A stretch of DNA of 64,000 bases from Schmidtea nova (GCA_044892505.1 CM097882.1:473928001-473992000); one strand, 5' to 3'. Shown: positions 1 to 14,918, counted from the stretch's first letter. Notes: a model not told the origin generated them from the sequence alone. Program-made: numbers and translations.

Positions 1-1997
1 TGTAATGAACTTGATCTGAAAATCCATTTAAAGCACCATTTTGTTATTATGGCGAAATGACATCAGAAAGTTTATTAGATGTGAATTTATGAATTGTATA
101 ATTTAGAAACTTCTAAACAGTGCTGTTAACTGTGAACTTAAACCGAATTTTGTAAACATACACTATTTATTATATTGAGATAAATAATACAAAAATGTAC
201 AACTTAATGAGTAGATGAATAAATTTTTAGTGCATTGTTTTTTCGGCAATATTTTTTATTTTCTAATTATAAATTCCAATAAAAATCTCAGTAAATAATT
301 AGGTGATTTTTTATTTATCGTTTTCTAAAAATACAGATGCATTATAAATAAAATTAGTTAAACTACTATAATAATTAAAATGTTAAATATCTTTTACTTT
401 TTTATCTTATTTGGTTATTTCATATAATTACATATTTTCAAGCAATAGATATTTTTTTTCATTTTCGGAACCGCAGAAATGTTAAGGATTGATTTAACGC
501 TTGAAAAATAGCTCTGCTTAAAGTGTGTATGCAAATCAAACAAAAAATAATTTATTCAATAATTATTATATTAATTTTTGTAAGACTACAAATGAGTAAA
601 CATTTGATAAATGCGGTACCAAAATATCATGTACCTAACAACCAAAAAATAAAATTTTGTATCTATAGTTTTACAAAAATTATTATGAAAATTATTGAAT
701 TAAAAAGAGATCCGAGGGGCAATCAAAAATTTATTATGAAAAAAAAATATTTTAATCGATAATCATTAAAATATATAATAAATGAAAATTTCTGAAATAG
801 AAAATAAGAGATCAAAGGTGAACAAAATTAAAGCTCTTAAAGAAAATTTGCTTTGAATAGAATAAAAATATTCTTGATTTGTTGTCGGAAGATATATGAC
901 ATAGTATAATTATCAAATGCTTCATTTTCAAATAAATAGGAAAGAATTTGAAATTTTAAAGAAACCGTCTCAAATTTTTTAAATTCATAATTGTTGTCAA
1001 ATTAAAATAATTTAATAAAACTCTTTAAGAAACATTTTTAATTTTCAAAAATAGGGTTGATGATAAATTAGCTGTTACTTATTTGCATTCTAACTGACTG
1101 AATTTCTTCTGAAATAATATAGGAAAAGAATCGGCAAATTTATATTATATGCTCATTTAGCTGAATTGAACCCATGGTCAGTATTTGCATCCTTTTATAT
1201 AAAAAATAGACTAAAGTAAATAAATAGAACGTACAACCATGTATTTTCATTGACTTCAATTGTAAACTGCTTGGTGAGATAAAGAAGACACTTAAGACAG
1301 CCTAGGTCTATGATAGGGGTAAAACTTAAATTATTTTATTGAAAACAAAATTAAATAAATAATTTCTAGACTTTTTCTCATTAAATATTGAATAAAAACT
1401 TTCAATCGACCGTTTATAATCAAAACATTATTTTTAAATCGTCAAAGTTGCCGTCAAATTCAATTTATTTAATCAGAAATAGTTAAGATAAATATTTATT
1501 TTACAAAAATTTACGTAGGTTGCTCCTTTATAAAATATGACATTTGATAAAAATTTACAGTTAATTTTTTCGCTATTACAATTTTGAACGTGTGAATATT
1601 TTACTCCTTATAATATGATTATTATTTGTTTGGCTTTTGTTGACGGTAATAATTTATGACAAATCTTTAGTCTATTAGAATTATGTGAAAAGATATAAAG
1701 CACAATTAAGCAAAACTATAATTTCATTTTAACTAAAATAATACACGTTAAATCTCGATGTTAATCAGCTCACAGGCTTAAGATTGACCATCAAGGTTTA
1801 TACGACCTAATTGTGTAAATTGAAAACAAGTTATTATTTCCATTCTTTCACAAATAAGTGTTACCATTTGAAGAAAACAAAAAATATTTTAAAATAGTCT
1901 AACCTTTTATCGTACCTAAATTGACTTGCTCGTTGGTTGAGGTGAAATTTACAGTTTCTAATTAGATATAATTAAAATCAAATATTCAAAGGAAAAC

Positions 1998-2060
<63 letters not shown>
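1998..2060. repeat. (TAT)21 microsatellite
   Basis: 63 nt of perfect TAT repeats. Confidence 0.95.
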
Positions 2061-2065
<5 letters not shown>

Positions 2066-2541
2066 AGGTAAAAATGTTAAGCTTTTCTCCAAAATGTTTA
2101 TTTGATGAAGAATTAAAAAAAAATTAAATTCAAAATGGGATTTATTTTACGAGAAATTTATAAAAGAAAATTTTATTAAAAAAGTGATTTTAATTTTATG
2201 TATTTTTAATTTTTTTAAGTGTTATGACTAAAAAAGAGCATTTTTTAAAGAAAAGATTTTGGATTTTGTATATAATTTTTTAACACACGCTAATTATTGA
2301 AGATTAATAAATAAAATTTTAATTTGTCAAATAAATTTTGATCTTAATTTAATCTATCTAGAGAATAGATAATGATTTATTTCAATAATTTATATTAAAT
2401 CCGAATTCAGGAGAAAGAAAATATTCAGCAAGAATTAAGAAGTCAATTGGAAAGAATTTCGTATTGGAGTGATCAGGATATTTCTAAGATCGAAATAAAC
2501 ATTGCGTAGAAAGACTTAACACTTTTATCTTATTATTATAT

Positions 2542-2687
2542 NNNNNNNNNNNNNNNNNNNNNNNNNNNNNNNNNNNNNNNNNNNNNNNNNNNNNNNNNNN
2601 NNNNNNNNNNNNNNNNNNNNNNNNNNNNNNNNNNNNNNNNNNNNNNNNNNNNNNNNNNNNNNNNNNNNNNNNNNNNNNNNNNNNNNN
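2542..2687. other. assembly gap (146 N)
   Basis: Run of N. Confidence 1.
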
Positions 2688-2957
2688 TAACACTTATGCA
2701 CTTCATGAAAAAATCGCGTTATATATTGTTCTACATATATTTGTATACATATCAATGATTGTTCATGTAATTGATGTTACACAATTTTATCACTACCTTC
2801 ACCGCCAGCCTGATTTCTCGTTGAAAAAACGCTTGCAATTTGTGGTATTTATAATCATTTAGCTGATAACTTTCCATCGGTGACGGTAGTGATACAAATT
2901 CGTTTTTTATCGCTAGCTTCATTTAATTTACTTGTGTTTTTTGTTTGTTTCGTTTAG

Positions 2958-5419
2958 TTATGCTTCAGTCACTATGTCATTGATCTTTCAGAGAAGGAAA
3001 TCGAAACCGTTCAACTTAACACTATTAGCGTGTTGCTCTCCGGCTGCAAAAGTAGGCATCACTTATTTTGAAAAAAAACAATAATTTATATTTCAATTTT
3101 TTCTCTTGGCTATTTTTCTACTGATTATTTTTTATTTGTCTTCGTTTAATTATTAAATCTTATAAATATTTTCCCCCTTCTTTATAATATAAATATATAA
3201 ATGATTATATTTGTTTATTTAATGCATGTTAATCTTATTTCCAAATTATTGTCATTTGTGTTTGCTGAAACAACTTTACTGATTATGTTAATTAATATTC
3301 TCTATTTTTCAATATTGATAAGGTAATTTTTGTTTTTCTAGACAAAACCGGAAGTGAACTTACGAAGTCAGAGTACAAAGAAAACTACGACCCCATACCA
3401 GTGAGGAAATATTAATATTTATTTATAAATTATTTTGTAATTATGCCGCAATTGCTTAAAATAAATTTCAAACAGAGATAGGAAATGAATTTTCGGCTGC
3501 TACATTTTTATTTAACTTCACTGTTCATAGAAAGTTGAGGTTGTAACATAAAAAAGTCAGAACAGGTGTTTTGAACCTTTTAATGTGTTTGATGGATTTC
3601 GAACTCATAAATTTGAAAATAAATAATCAAAAATATATTTTCATTTGTTAATAAATTACATATTTCAAGAGTAAAAACTATAAAAAAGATTTTGTTGTAG
3701 AGTAAAATATTTGATATATTTTTTAAAAAGGTAAAAAATATTTGAAATCGAAATGAGATCAAATTTGTGAAAAATTAAGGATAAAATGATATTTTAGAAA
3801 ATGTCAAGTTATAAATCTTCAAACAACAGGAATCATATAAAAGAGTTCGTAAAAGAATCCGTTATGAGAAAAAAACTTTTCTTTTAATTTTTTCAAATTG
3901 AGTATTTTCTTAAATTCTGATTTTTCCTATGATTAAAATATTAAAGTTATAATAAATTTTACACATTATCGAAAAAGACATTTACTGACTATTATGTGCA
4001 ATATTGAAAAAGAATTTGGATTTATTGAATGAGGTTAGGGGAAAAATGGTTAAGGAGTATTCTTCATGATGTTTTACGTGAGAAATAAATTTTCTGAAAA
4101 CTCGTATAACAAAAGATACAGTATCAATAGAAAAATTAAAATTTGATTTCAGAAAATTAAAATTCAAGTGATTCTGATTTTTTGTGGTTATAGTTACAAA
4201 TTTTGTTATTAATCGTTGTGTTACAGTCTCTGTCAATATATTATGTAGTGCTCCGTTATAACGCATCACTAATTTTTGTCTACGTTATAACCTCACATCT
4301 CGTTTATGCTTACGAAAATGATTGCCCTTTCTTTAATTAAACGTCTTCATCATTTGTATTATTTTTCTTGAAATTGAATATCCTAAACATAATCCCATCG
4401 GTTTCACTGAGGAATATTTTATGCAGTCTGTTTCTATATTTTAAAGTCAATTATTTTGTCATGTTAACTTTTTCTTGAAACTGTTTATGTCGTATTAAAT
4501 CAAATTAATGTAAATTTGTTCGTACAAAAACGGAATTAAGGTGCACTTGTTATTTAAATCTTTTTTTTGTTTTAAGTTTTTGCATGTTTAGCAAACAATT
4601 ATAGTTTGAAAAATAATTTTTACCATTAATTGAAAATAATTGATTCTTGTTAGATGGCAATAGATCGATAAAATTCTTAAGGATACCCATGAATTGTCAA
4701 CGCAGATATTATCAAGTGTAAGTCAGCCAATCCTAGTTCATTTATTACACATGGAAATGAGAAATAATTATAATACCAAATTTTATAATTATTTTAACAA
4801 TTTTGAAAAAATTTGAGTTTAAGAAAATAATATTTTTCTCAAGAACATTACAGATTTTCTGACAAAGATTTTTGGACATTTTTATTTTTTGGTCTTCTGG
4901 AATAAATTCAGAAATGGATTTAATTACCAATAATTTTTTTCTCTCTTTGTACATTGTACATGATCTAAAAGTAATTGTAGGAATGAAAGAAAAAAGTTTA
5001 ATTACCTTTACTTAGTTTTCCGTCATTCGTTCAATAAATCGGGGTCCATTTTTCTAAAAAATTTTATTTTTGATTTATTTATGGATATTTATTTCAGTTA
5101 CGAAACAGATCCTTACGATACGATAGACGGCACGTTATCATCTCCCACGGGTAACTGGAATCCGAAAAGTTTGCGTGGTACACCTCGTTCAGCAAACAAC
5201 ACGATATATGGTATTACCGGAGCGATATCGTCTACCAAAAACGGAGCGCTGGCACCACGCTCAAACAGCATCATACCATATCAGACAAACTCTAATAGAA
5301 AAACAACATCAATCAGCAACGATGTCTATGCTACAGTCAACAAACCGAACAAAAAAGAGTCAACCAATAAACAAAGTCCAAACATATCTCAAGTTCACAG
5401 AAATAAATATAAATTTTAA
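2958..5419 (+). CDS. candidate 3' exons of a host gene (2958-3051, 3342-3400, 5098-5419 stop); low-complexity tail with Tyr motifs
   Basis: Three GC-richer islands bounded by (Y)nAG acceptors and GT donors (GTAGGC, GTGAGG). Their phases chain (2->0, 0->2, 2->stop) into YASVTMSLIFQRRKSK...CCSPAAK-TKPEVNL...TTPYH-YETDPYDTI...DVYATVNKP... Confidence 0.4.
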
Positions 5420-6146
5420 ATTCTTTCAGAAAACAAAAAAAATATTTACGTTTTCATCATATCTCTAACTATCACACGAGTTTGGTTAAATCACAAAATC
5501 TTGATCTTTTCTGTATGAATATTTGTAAGTAATATGATTATTTTTATAAATTATTTTGTAAAGTTTGAAATATAATGGAAAATGTCCGTACTTTTATTTA
5601 TGAATATATTGCTGTTATTTGTAATCTGACCGAGTATTTCGTGAATGATTTATTTTTGTACATGTTCTATTGAAATATTGTGAAAATAGTACAGATTAAT
5701 AGTAAATTATTTAAATTTTAGTTTATTTTTATTTTAAATGGAAAATTTATATTCTCTAGCACAATGGAAATGGTTTTATCGATCCGCTGAGTAATTGCGC
5801 CAAGTATAGTTAAAGTTCCGGATGCTTGAGCTTCTTTTTGCAGAAAATCTAATTATAAATTAAAGTATGGCTAAAAGTCAGATTCTTAGACATAACACAG
5901 CTGTTGATAAGATAACATACACAGAAATGTTGTCACCACAAACAAAAAAGCTTAACTATTAATATAAATTTATAAAAAGTAGTATATGTATAATGATGAA
6001 ATCAAAGTGCAGTTACATATTATTTATTGGGTACTGTAAATATTTTTTTTCAGGTTCGGTGATTTCTCTTGACTCACTTGAATCTGGTCAAGGGTTTGTT
6101 GGAAATTGTATACATATTGTTTTCGTCTGCAAACTTTTGCTTAAGT

Positions 6147-8073
6147 CAGCGTTTTTCAACCTGGGAGACGCCGACTATTGCCAGTGAGAATGATACATTT
6201 TCGATCTTTTAGACAGAAAATCTTTAGATAGTTCAATGATTTTGTGCGCGAACACCATGTCTCTTACCAGGTCGCAAAATGTAAGAAACTATATACAATA
6301 GGAGACACTCTAATTTTATCAATAGCTATTTATAAGGTACGATACTTTTGTCGTATTTCCCACAGTAAATAAATAATTAATTAATTAGTTAGATATTATG
6401 GAAGGCATTAAATTCTTTTATTTAACAAAAAACTTTAACATTTATCTATAAATATAGTTTTTTTATTTAGAGAAGTTGTTTTATTTGTTATTAAAAAGCA
6501 TGTTTTACGGTTTAGTATTTTTAACTATTTATTTAACTAATTATTTAATTAATTAATTATTTACTGTGGGGAAATACGACAAAAGAATCAATGATATGTC
6601 TGAAGATCTTTGCAATCAATTAGTTTCTCGACTGTTCTTCAAAGTTCGCAATACAAGTAGATGAGGCAACTGATATAGATAAAGATGTCCATTTAATTGT
6701 ATATGTTTGATATGTTGCGTAAAATAATATAATAGAAAATATATTATTTTACAAACCCATTCTTGGAAAGACCATATCCATTGAAATTTCTAATAAACTG
6801 GATAGTCTTTTTAAAGAAAACGATGTAATGTGGTATCATTCCATTAAACTGTGTACTGATGGAGCTTACTTATCGTACAAATACAAAGCAAGTCTTCAGA
6901 AATTAGTAAAAACGAAAGATTTATATGTCATTTGGACGCACTATATAATTCACAGAGCAGCTCTAATGTAAAATAATATGAGCGAGGAACTTAACAATAT
7001 TTTTACAAGTTATAAAAATTATAAAATACATAAGGAACAGTCCATTGAGTGCTAGGTTGTTTGCAAAGCTATTTGTAGATATCAAATCCTATTATACCTC
7101 ACTTCTGTATTATTGTATAGTTCACTGTCTATCTCGTCCAAAAGTGTTTTAAAGGGTGTTTGAACTCAAAGAAAAGTTAGCAACCTTTCTCGAAGAAAAT
7201 CACCCCGAAAAAGTACATTTGTGGATGAACAATAATTTAATTGGTAAACCTACCTATTTGGTTGAAAATTTTGGAATACTGAGAAGTTTCAATAAATCAT
7301 TGAAGGGGCTACAAATGTGTCTACATGTTCAAAAAGATAAAGTAAAAGCTTTCTTTAGTAATTAAACTTTTTCAATTGACTGGGAAATAAGTATATCCTA
7401 ATACTTTTGAGTTTCCAAATCGTTAGTCTTAAAGGTATTCTAAGATCAAAATTCGAATAAATGTTGAAGTTAAAAAATATTAAAACTAATAATTTTTATT
7501 TTTGTAAATCGCCCTTAAGAAAACTAAAAACTGATGATTTAAAACAAACCAAAAAAATGATATTTATATACATAATGTAAATTTCTTTTTAACACAAATG
7601 AATGAGCTGTGCATGTTTTCACTTTCAAAATATTTTTTGACCACAACCAATACTGAAGCAAGCAAAAATCTTTTTCTTGAACTCTTGGATGGTTTAGCGT
7701 TGCATTTTTAAAATTATTTAAAGGATCTTGATTTTTCAAAAGAATTCCTTCATCGACAATGAAGTTGACAAATTTGAAGAATTGATAGAATTATCATTCA
7801 ATAGCTTACTAAAACAAAAGTTTCAAAACGAAACATTAATTCAATTCGGATCAATCTTAGTGGGGAGTATGAAACTTTGTTTTGTCAATCAATGCAAGTG
7901 CGTCTACCGTTTAAAAAGTCTTATTTAATTGAAACGAACCTTTTGGTATTGGCTGCACAAAAAAAACCAAATATCGAGTCAAGTTAGTTGTCGAAAAAGA
8001 AATACGAGTGGCACTCTCCACATTGCACCCAAGATTTGATAAATCTTGTGTCAATAAACAACAATCCTCACAT
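6147..8073 (+). pseudogene. degenerate hAT transposase remnant (ZBED5/FAM200/Buster-like) with left TIR
   Basis: TIR-like CAGCGTTTTTCAACC at 6147. Fragments SYQVAKCKKLYTIGDTLI, RINDMSEDL, FAIQVDEATD, CTDGA, WTHYIIHRAAL, RVFELKEKL and KYRVKLVVEKEIRVALSTLHPRFDK; many stops and frameshifts. Confidence 0.85.
6341..6589. repeat. foldback / MITE-like inverted repeat inside the hAT remnant
   Basis: About 45-bp arms CTTTTGTCGTATTTCCC(C)ACAGTAAATAA... around an AT-rich spacer. Confidence 0.7.
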
Positions 8074-10398
8074 TACATTTTGATGCGATAGCTGTAGTTG
8101 GTTTGAATTATTAAAAAGAATTTAATATAAAAAACAAAAATACGTGTACGTAAATGTCACAGCAAACCTTTGTTATTATTTTATTAATTGTAGTTTTCGG
8201 TTTATTTTGTAATAATCTTTTTGTTATCTAAAACGCATCTTTATTATTATATCTATTAAAAACATAGGGAGTGAGGCGTAGAAGTATAAAGTTTGGAAAC
8301 AGATGGCTTAAGCACATAACTTTCAATGAGGTCTACGGACAAAGTTCCAGGATTAAAGTTTAGAAATTTTAGAAAACCATCAGAAAACAGTAAAACTATA
8401 ATAGTACCAATACAATCTTTCAAATTGCTTTTATTTATTTCATTATATTTATTTTTATTACTATAAACATCATCATTCATACCCAATACAACATAACCTG
8501 TTTCAATAAGAGAAACAATATCATGGGAATTAAACAGATCAACACCAGGCGAAATTTTGTTATCAATAAGTTCAACTTATTAATGCAGTCATCAACATTT
8601 TCACACACCATTTTTTGTAAGAAAAATTTTGAATATCCATTATCCTGCAGTAATTTATCAATAATATAAATAGATTTAGAACAAGTTGACGTCTATGTCG
8701 AAGATAGATAAACCAATCCGCTTATCATTTCTTTTCTATTTAAAAACACAAAAACTTTACGGTTATGTGTACAAACCAATATCTGTTATTTTCCTAAAAA
8801 TTTCGGTTTAAAAATGTTTATATTTCTTTTCAATCAACAGATCAGAAAATGATATTTTAGAATGAATTTCCTTTTTAAAAGTAAATTTAATATTTTTATG
8901 TAAATTATTCATATATTTATTGTGTTGCTTTGATGAGAAAATCATTTAATCCTAAAGTAAACTACAAAATGCAATAGCTACATGCATTTTGATAGTTTTA
9001 AATTAATTTTACTGGGGTTAATAAAAGTTTTATTGGATTGTGCACCTGTCATTATATAATCACTAATAAGCGTATATATAAGATCAATTTTTATTTTATT
9101 AAATTTGTTTAAAGCCTGATAATTTTTAAAAAACGGTGTTTCTTTATTTATTTGTATAAATTGCCATTTTTATTTAATATTTTTTTTAAAATATCATTTC
9201 ATTTTTTTTATTATTATTTTTTCAATTTTGAAATATTACACGCAAAACTGCAAAATTTAATTTAAATTAAAACTTTTCTAATGAAGTCTTTGAAGAAGTC
9301 AGTGAAGTGGAAAAGTTAGATAAGTTGTGCAAAATCCTTTTCTGCAAATCAATTCCAATCACAAGAAATTTCAAATATTATACCAAAATTATTAAACTTT
9401 AAGCAAATTTTAATTTTCCAAAATGGGTTTATCAACAATTTGCAAGAATGAATTGTTTTAAAGACTTTTCTGAAAGATTTTCGTTTCAACGGATATGCTT
9501 GAATTGTTTCATTTAAAGAATCAATTATTTATTTGAAATCAGAAAAAAACGTGATTTTTTTTCATTTTAAATTTATGTGAAATTATTTTGTATCCCATAT
9601 TTATGTCAGATGTTTTCGATTTCATCGTAACAAGTTATAAATAAATTAAATTAATGTAATTTAAATATATATTACGGATCACGCGACATGAATCGAATCA
9701 TAGTACGCTCTTGAATTATAATTACAGAAAATTAAATTTATAAAAAAATTAATCATAGTTGATTGAAATTTTAAAATATTTATTAAAAATTATTTATCGG
9801 ATTTTCCGGTTTAAATTTCATGGGCTGATCTAGAAAGTTTTCCAAGTGGGTGGAGATTAAAATATATGTTTTCAGTTTATGTTTTATTTTAGCTAATTTC
9901 AATGTTAATTTCAAACAAAATTCTGAGTTTTGAAATTACAAATGGATTTCAGACACGGATTTCATTTTTGACGTTGAAATATACGTATTAAATACAGAAA
10001 TATTATGAATTATATTTTTTAATTACTGTAGTATAATGGAACAAAATTGAAATAAAATGTTTTTTTCATTCCAAAAAAGTAAGTAATTGAAGTTATTCTG
10101 TAAAAAACACTCCCCAACTGAAACAATCTAGTGTAAAGGCCAGGTCGGATGGGGGAGAGGTGATCGCATACCACTCCTTCTGGATCCGCTTTTGTTTAAT
10201 TAACAGCCGCACATTTTAAAAATGTTCACACACAGATATATATATATATATATATAAAGTGGCAGAACTTCAAAATTTAGGCCCCCTGCGAAAAAGTAAA
10301 ATAGTCCTCCAATAATCTTTTTAACAAAAACATATTAGATATTTTTTCATATATCATAAAACAATAAAAATATAAATAATAAATAAAACTTATGGACC

Positions 10399-10700
10399 TT
10401 AAATTTTAAAATCTTTTCTCCTTGATTTCATATTGGCAAATTCATTAATTATTTTTTAAATTCCATTTTTTCAGCCTCTTTTGCTTCAATAGAAAGTATT
10501 GAAAGATCGCTTAAACACTCCTTTCAAATGGTAAACGCATATAATTTTTTATTATTTTCAGCTTTGGAAAAGAACATTCAGCTGATGCAACCGTAACAGG
10601 TAGCGTGAGAAATAATAACAATGCTGTAATCACCTGTGGAACACTTGCAGCTATAGTTGACAATTTTACTATAAAAAGTTCTGCAAATTCGCGTATAGAC
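10399..10700 (-). pseudogene. hAT C-terminal dimerisation-domain remnant (ZMYM1/Tip100-like)
   Basis: Minus strand reads LFLTLPVTVASAECSFPKLKIIKNYMR...LSILSIEAKEAEKMEF...INEFANMKSRRK. Confidence 0.75.
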
Positions 10701-10871
10701 GAAATTTTGGAAATTTGTGTCCTCTATAAAAATGATCCTAAAAAAAATTTTTTCAAAAAGAATTTTAATAATAAATTTGGGCCCTCTATAAAAAATATTT
10801 TTGTAAATTTTTTTTTTAATAATTACTTTGTGCCCTCTATAGCTGCTGCCCCCCCCACAGTGCAGGTCCTG

Positions 10872-11063
10872 NNNNNNNNNNNNNNNNNNNNNNNNNNNNN
10901 NNNNNNNNNNNNNNNNNNNNNNNNNNNNNNNNNNNNNNNNNNNNNNNNNNNNNNNNNNNNNNNNNNNNNNNNNNNNNNNNNNNNNNNNNNNNNNNNNNNN
11001 NNNNNNNNNNNNNNNNNNNNNNNNNNNNNNNNNNNNNNNNNNNNNNNNNNNNNNNNNNNNNNN
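10872..11063. other. assembly gap (192 N)
   Basis: Run of N. Confidence 1.
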
Positions 11064-13418
11064 TGGATCGCATGTCAGCGGTCACTTTTTTCTGGTCATC
11101 GCTCGTCCTTATCCAGTCTGGAGGATCCCTCAGTAAAGTATTCCCATTCATAATTATTATTCCAACTGGTCTTGATAGTGAGCTAAATCATATGTGAATT
11201 GTGTCTCGGTGATAAGTCTGCATTCCTCTAAAGCCGATAAAAGGTGGGTGATTCGTGTATTTGATATACTTTCGGGATCTGTATACGTCTTTTAGTCTAA
11301 ACGATGTAGCGATTCCCAATAATTACTGAATCTCTTATCAATCATACCGATCATCACACAACCAAACCATCTGCATAACTACAAAAATTAGAATGCGATA
11401 AAATAATAAAAATTCAGTCGGCTTCCTACAACCTGTCTACTCTTAGTATACATGAAGACTTTAACTAAACAACAAATTAACACAATTTATTTAGTCTTAT
11501 AAAACAACTTCCTTTGTATGCATGAGTTTCTAATTCAGTTCAAATCTCATTAAATCCAAGCCCATCGTCTTCTTTTAGGATATAGAATTCAACACTCCGA
11601 TCTGGGTCTCGAAGTTCTTAAGTAGTTCGGCTTCGGCCATTATGCTTTTACAATAGAACTTCTTCTGACTCATTTTGGTTTTTTAATGGCATTGATAGAG
11701 GTATGCAGATACAGGGGTTGTATGAATTGATTCTCTGTCTCTCTTCGTGTAGAGGCAACTGCGATCAAAAAAGCCTGACATATAGTTCTAGCTCTTTTTC
11801 AGTTCTGTGTAGAGCTTCAGTAAATTTTGTTTTTACTATAAATCAATTATCAATTTTTTCACCAGGCGAGTCCTGCAAACCTCCTTAAGAGATGTCCGAG
11901 TACTAGATACTCTTTTCCGATAGACAGAGCCGACATGTATATATAGAAGAGTTCATGCCAAAGTGTTACCAAAGATGGGAGTCCCCCAATGACCCGAAGT
12001 CATCAGGGGCATGAACCCTATCTAGACTTTTCGGAAATAGAGATTATGCAACAATAGTCAGAAATATTTATTGAAAAATATTTACCTCCTAATAATTTGT
12101 TTTGAATTAGAGATGATACCAAATCACACTAAGTACGATAAGAAAATGTCAAATAACTTTTAAAAACTTCTCAAAATTTGTCGAAAATAGTGAGTTGTCA
12201 AAAAATAAGGGTAGCTCACTGTGTCGTGTTTGAGTATTTATACTCTTTGGGTGCTTGGTTTGGGCCAATCATTGTTTGTCTAGGTAATTTTATTTATTGT
12301 CCAATTGTTTTTTTGTTTATTTAGCTAGTCATAATTGGTTGTTGTATTTTGTTTGGTTTTCCTTGATATTATTTTAGAATTTATTTTAATTAATAAAGCC
12401 ACCTTTAGCGACATGTTGAATTTTGGTTCATTTTATGTTTTTATATATTTGTGTCCCCAAATGGTGGCTTTGGTTATGAAATGTTTCTAAATTTAATCTT
12501 TGTTATTCTTTTCTCATTGCATATTGATTTTGCATTGTTTTGATTAATTTTCTAATTATTTTTTCTTATTTTTTCTCGTTTTGCATGTCCATTTATATAT
12601 TATGCGTTTATTTTTAGGGTTCTTTTATTACTTTGATAAAACACAGTGAGTGTCGACCCAACACACACAAACAAGGACATACGAAAATTATTTAAAGTTT
12701 AATTAAATTTGAAGTAAAAATTAAATATGAAATGTTAAAATTAAAATTAAAAGCTAGATTTAAAATATTACCACAAATTATAAGTTAAATTTTAAAAAAT
12801 AATCGTCAGATGACTTTGTTTTAAAAACAAAACTAATAATAAAAGGTAACTCTGTGATTTAAAGTGAAAACCCCAATAGCAGACAAGTTCTGAGCTCTTG
12901 AATTTAATCATTTATATACAGGAGACTAAAAAATGTCTTTACACATCAAGTAAAAAAATAAAGGTGAAACGAACAACTTTACTGAGCACTTTTCCTGGTA
13001 CAATGGATAAACCACATAACGATGAATACACCTTCTGTAATATAAAATTAAATTATAATATAGAAATTTCAAACACTAACCTGTATGCTATCGGTGTGCT
13101 AACAATGAATAACACTTTTTATTATGTGGAAAACAAAAATAGTAGAAAAAAATTGTAAACCACAAAATATAATATATAATTAATTTAAAATTTTATTAAA
13201 AAAATTGAAATTTTTATTGATAAGTTTACTTAAAATGAATTTTAGTTTACACAATTAAATATTTACTTTATGTGTGAAAATAAATCCGATAATGATAATG
13301 ATAAAAATATATACAAAATTATTATTAAAATTACTTACTCGATATTAAATAAACCACTGAATAATCACTGACAAATATACCAACTAGTATTATATAAGGT
13401 GTTATTCAGTGTTAAATG

Positions 13419-14170
13419 CAGTGGTGTTTTGGGGCGGAACGACATTCCGGCACCTATTTTAGTAGTCATTTTTTAATTTCAAATGAAAATTATATTTTAA
13501 ATTGGCAAATTTGCAAAAATATTTCAAAAAATATGTTAATTAATAGAGAATTTATTTGCTTTTTGTGTCTTGTTTATTTTTCTCTTTTAAATCAAATAAA
13601 CTGAAGGTAGTTCAAATAATTTTTAATGGATTAAATATAATGCATATTAATTTTAATTATTGCAGAAATATTTCGAGAAATCCACAATAAAATTTAATTT
13701 TTTATATTAAAAATTCAAAATGAGCGAAAAACGTAAAAACCCTCTTTGGACAGTTTCTTTGGAAAAAAACTTAAAATGCAACAAGAAGATGTGTAAGTGC
13801 TGGAAACTAAAGAAAAACAAATGGATATTCCATCAAAATCAACAGAAAATGTTCAAAAATACGTAGTCCCAATTAATAAATTGGCCGAGTATTTGGACTG
13901 CAGATATGTAGTTCGAAAAGAAAAAAAAGCCGCACAACTAACTTCTTTGCGAAAAACATTTACGAACATTGTAAAAGTTTTTCACATACAACAGCTGAGA
14001 GAATCTTAAAAGAAGCAAACAAGCAAAAACTTGAAATAATTGTAGATAAGTTGAAAGATTCTGAAATTTGTAGTATCAGTAAGGTTTTTAGAACTGCTTA
14101 TTATATTGCTAAACATGATCGTCCATATTCTGATCATTTTGATTTATTAAAACTTCAAGAAATGAATGGA
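13419..14170 (+). pseudogene. 5' remnant of a hAT element (KIAA1586/ZNF862-like transposase)
   Basis: CAGTGGTG terminus at 13419; VFRTAYYIAKHDRPYSDHFDLLKLQEMNG at 14084-14170. Confidence 0.65.
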
Positions 14171-14764
14171 TCTACTGTGGCTCACGGAAATAATTGATCA
14201 TATATGAATTCAAATGAAGCTGCTTGTGGAAAGACGCTGACTAATTTTTTGTTCTCACCATGCGTACCGTTACTTCTTATTTTACCAATACATCACTGGT
14301 TAAACGGTGTACCACATCGCTTTAATATGTCAGGTCTTATATATGATCTGTAAACTTGCAATCATGGAGAATGAAACTTATTATCACCTCTGCGCACTAG
14401 TAATTTGTTTAATCAGAAACTGTTTGCAAGCGTGCCCGACTACTTTAGTTTTTTTATTATTTTTAATAACTTGAAATATTTAAAAAAAAATATTCTTCGG
14501 ATGACTCTTTATTTTTAAAAAGTCCTTTGTTCAAAGGTAAAGCTTTGTGATACCCAGTTTATGCATCCAGGTTTTGCATACATTTTTGACAAGACTTTTT
14601 GTGTTCTTTTGTATGCAAGTGTAACTTCTATATTTAAATCTTTTTTGACATTAGATGAAATGAATTTGTTATTACCCTAGAAAAGTTAATATTTTATTTT
14701 TATGCATTTTTGACAGTTTCACAGTAGATTTAACAAGAAATGACATTCGTAAACTGATATATTA

Positions 14765-14918
14765 TTGCTAGAAACGTGGATTATCTGCAATGATACTTTT
14801 AAGAGGATTACTGGCACTCATTCGGCATTCATTCAGAAATTCTTTACTGATGAGATTGAAATTCTTCCTGATCAATGGAAAAGATGTAAAAATAATCATG
14901 GCAACTATTTTGAATATT
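14765..14918 (+). pseudogene. mariner transposase C-terminal fragment
   Basis: FFTDEIEILPDQWKRCKNNHGNYFE resembles the mariner C-terminus FFxxGIxKLPxRWxKCxxxxGxYFE. Confidence 0.6.

Noticed and set aside
2484-2755. ORFs spanning N runs (also 10605-11153 and 10837-11151)
   Set aside because: Artefacts of assembly gaps.
2788-2894. 17-bp inverted repeat pair (16/17 match)
   Set aside because: No TSD or second copy in the window; too little to call a MITE.
8256-8760. Coding-like minus-strand remnant; also GC-richer 11064-12060 and 38830-40400
   Set aside because: Probably decayed mobile or viral sequence, but no family could be recognised.
11984-12009. Hammerhead ribozyme (CTGATGA on the minus strand)
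   Set aside because: Forms a simple hairpin; the GAAA half-core and stems I/III are missing.
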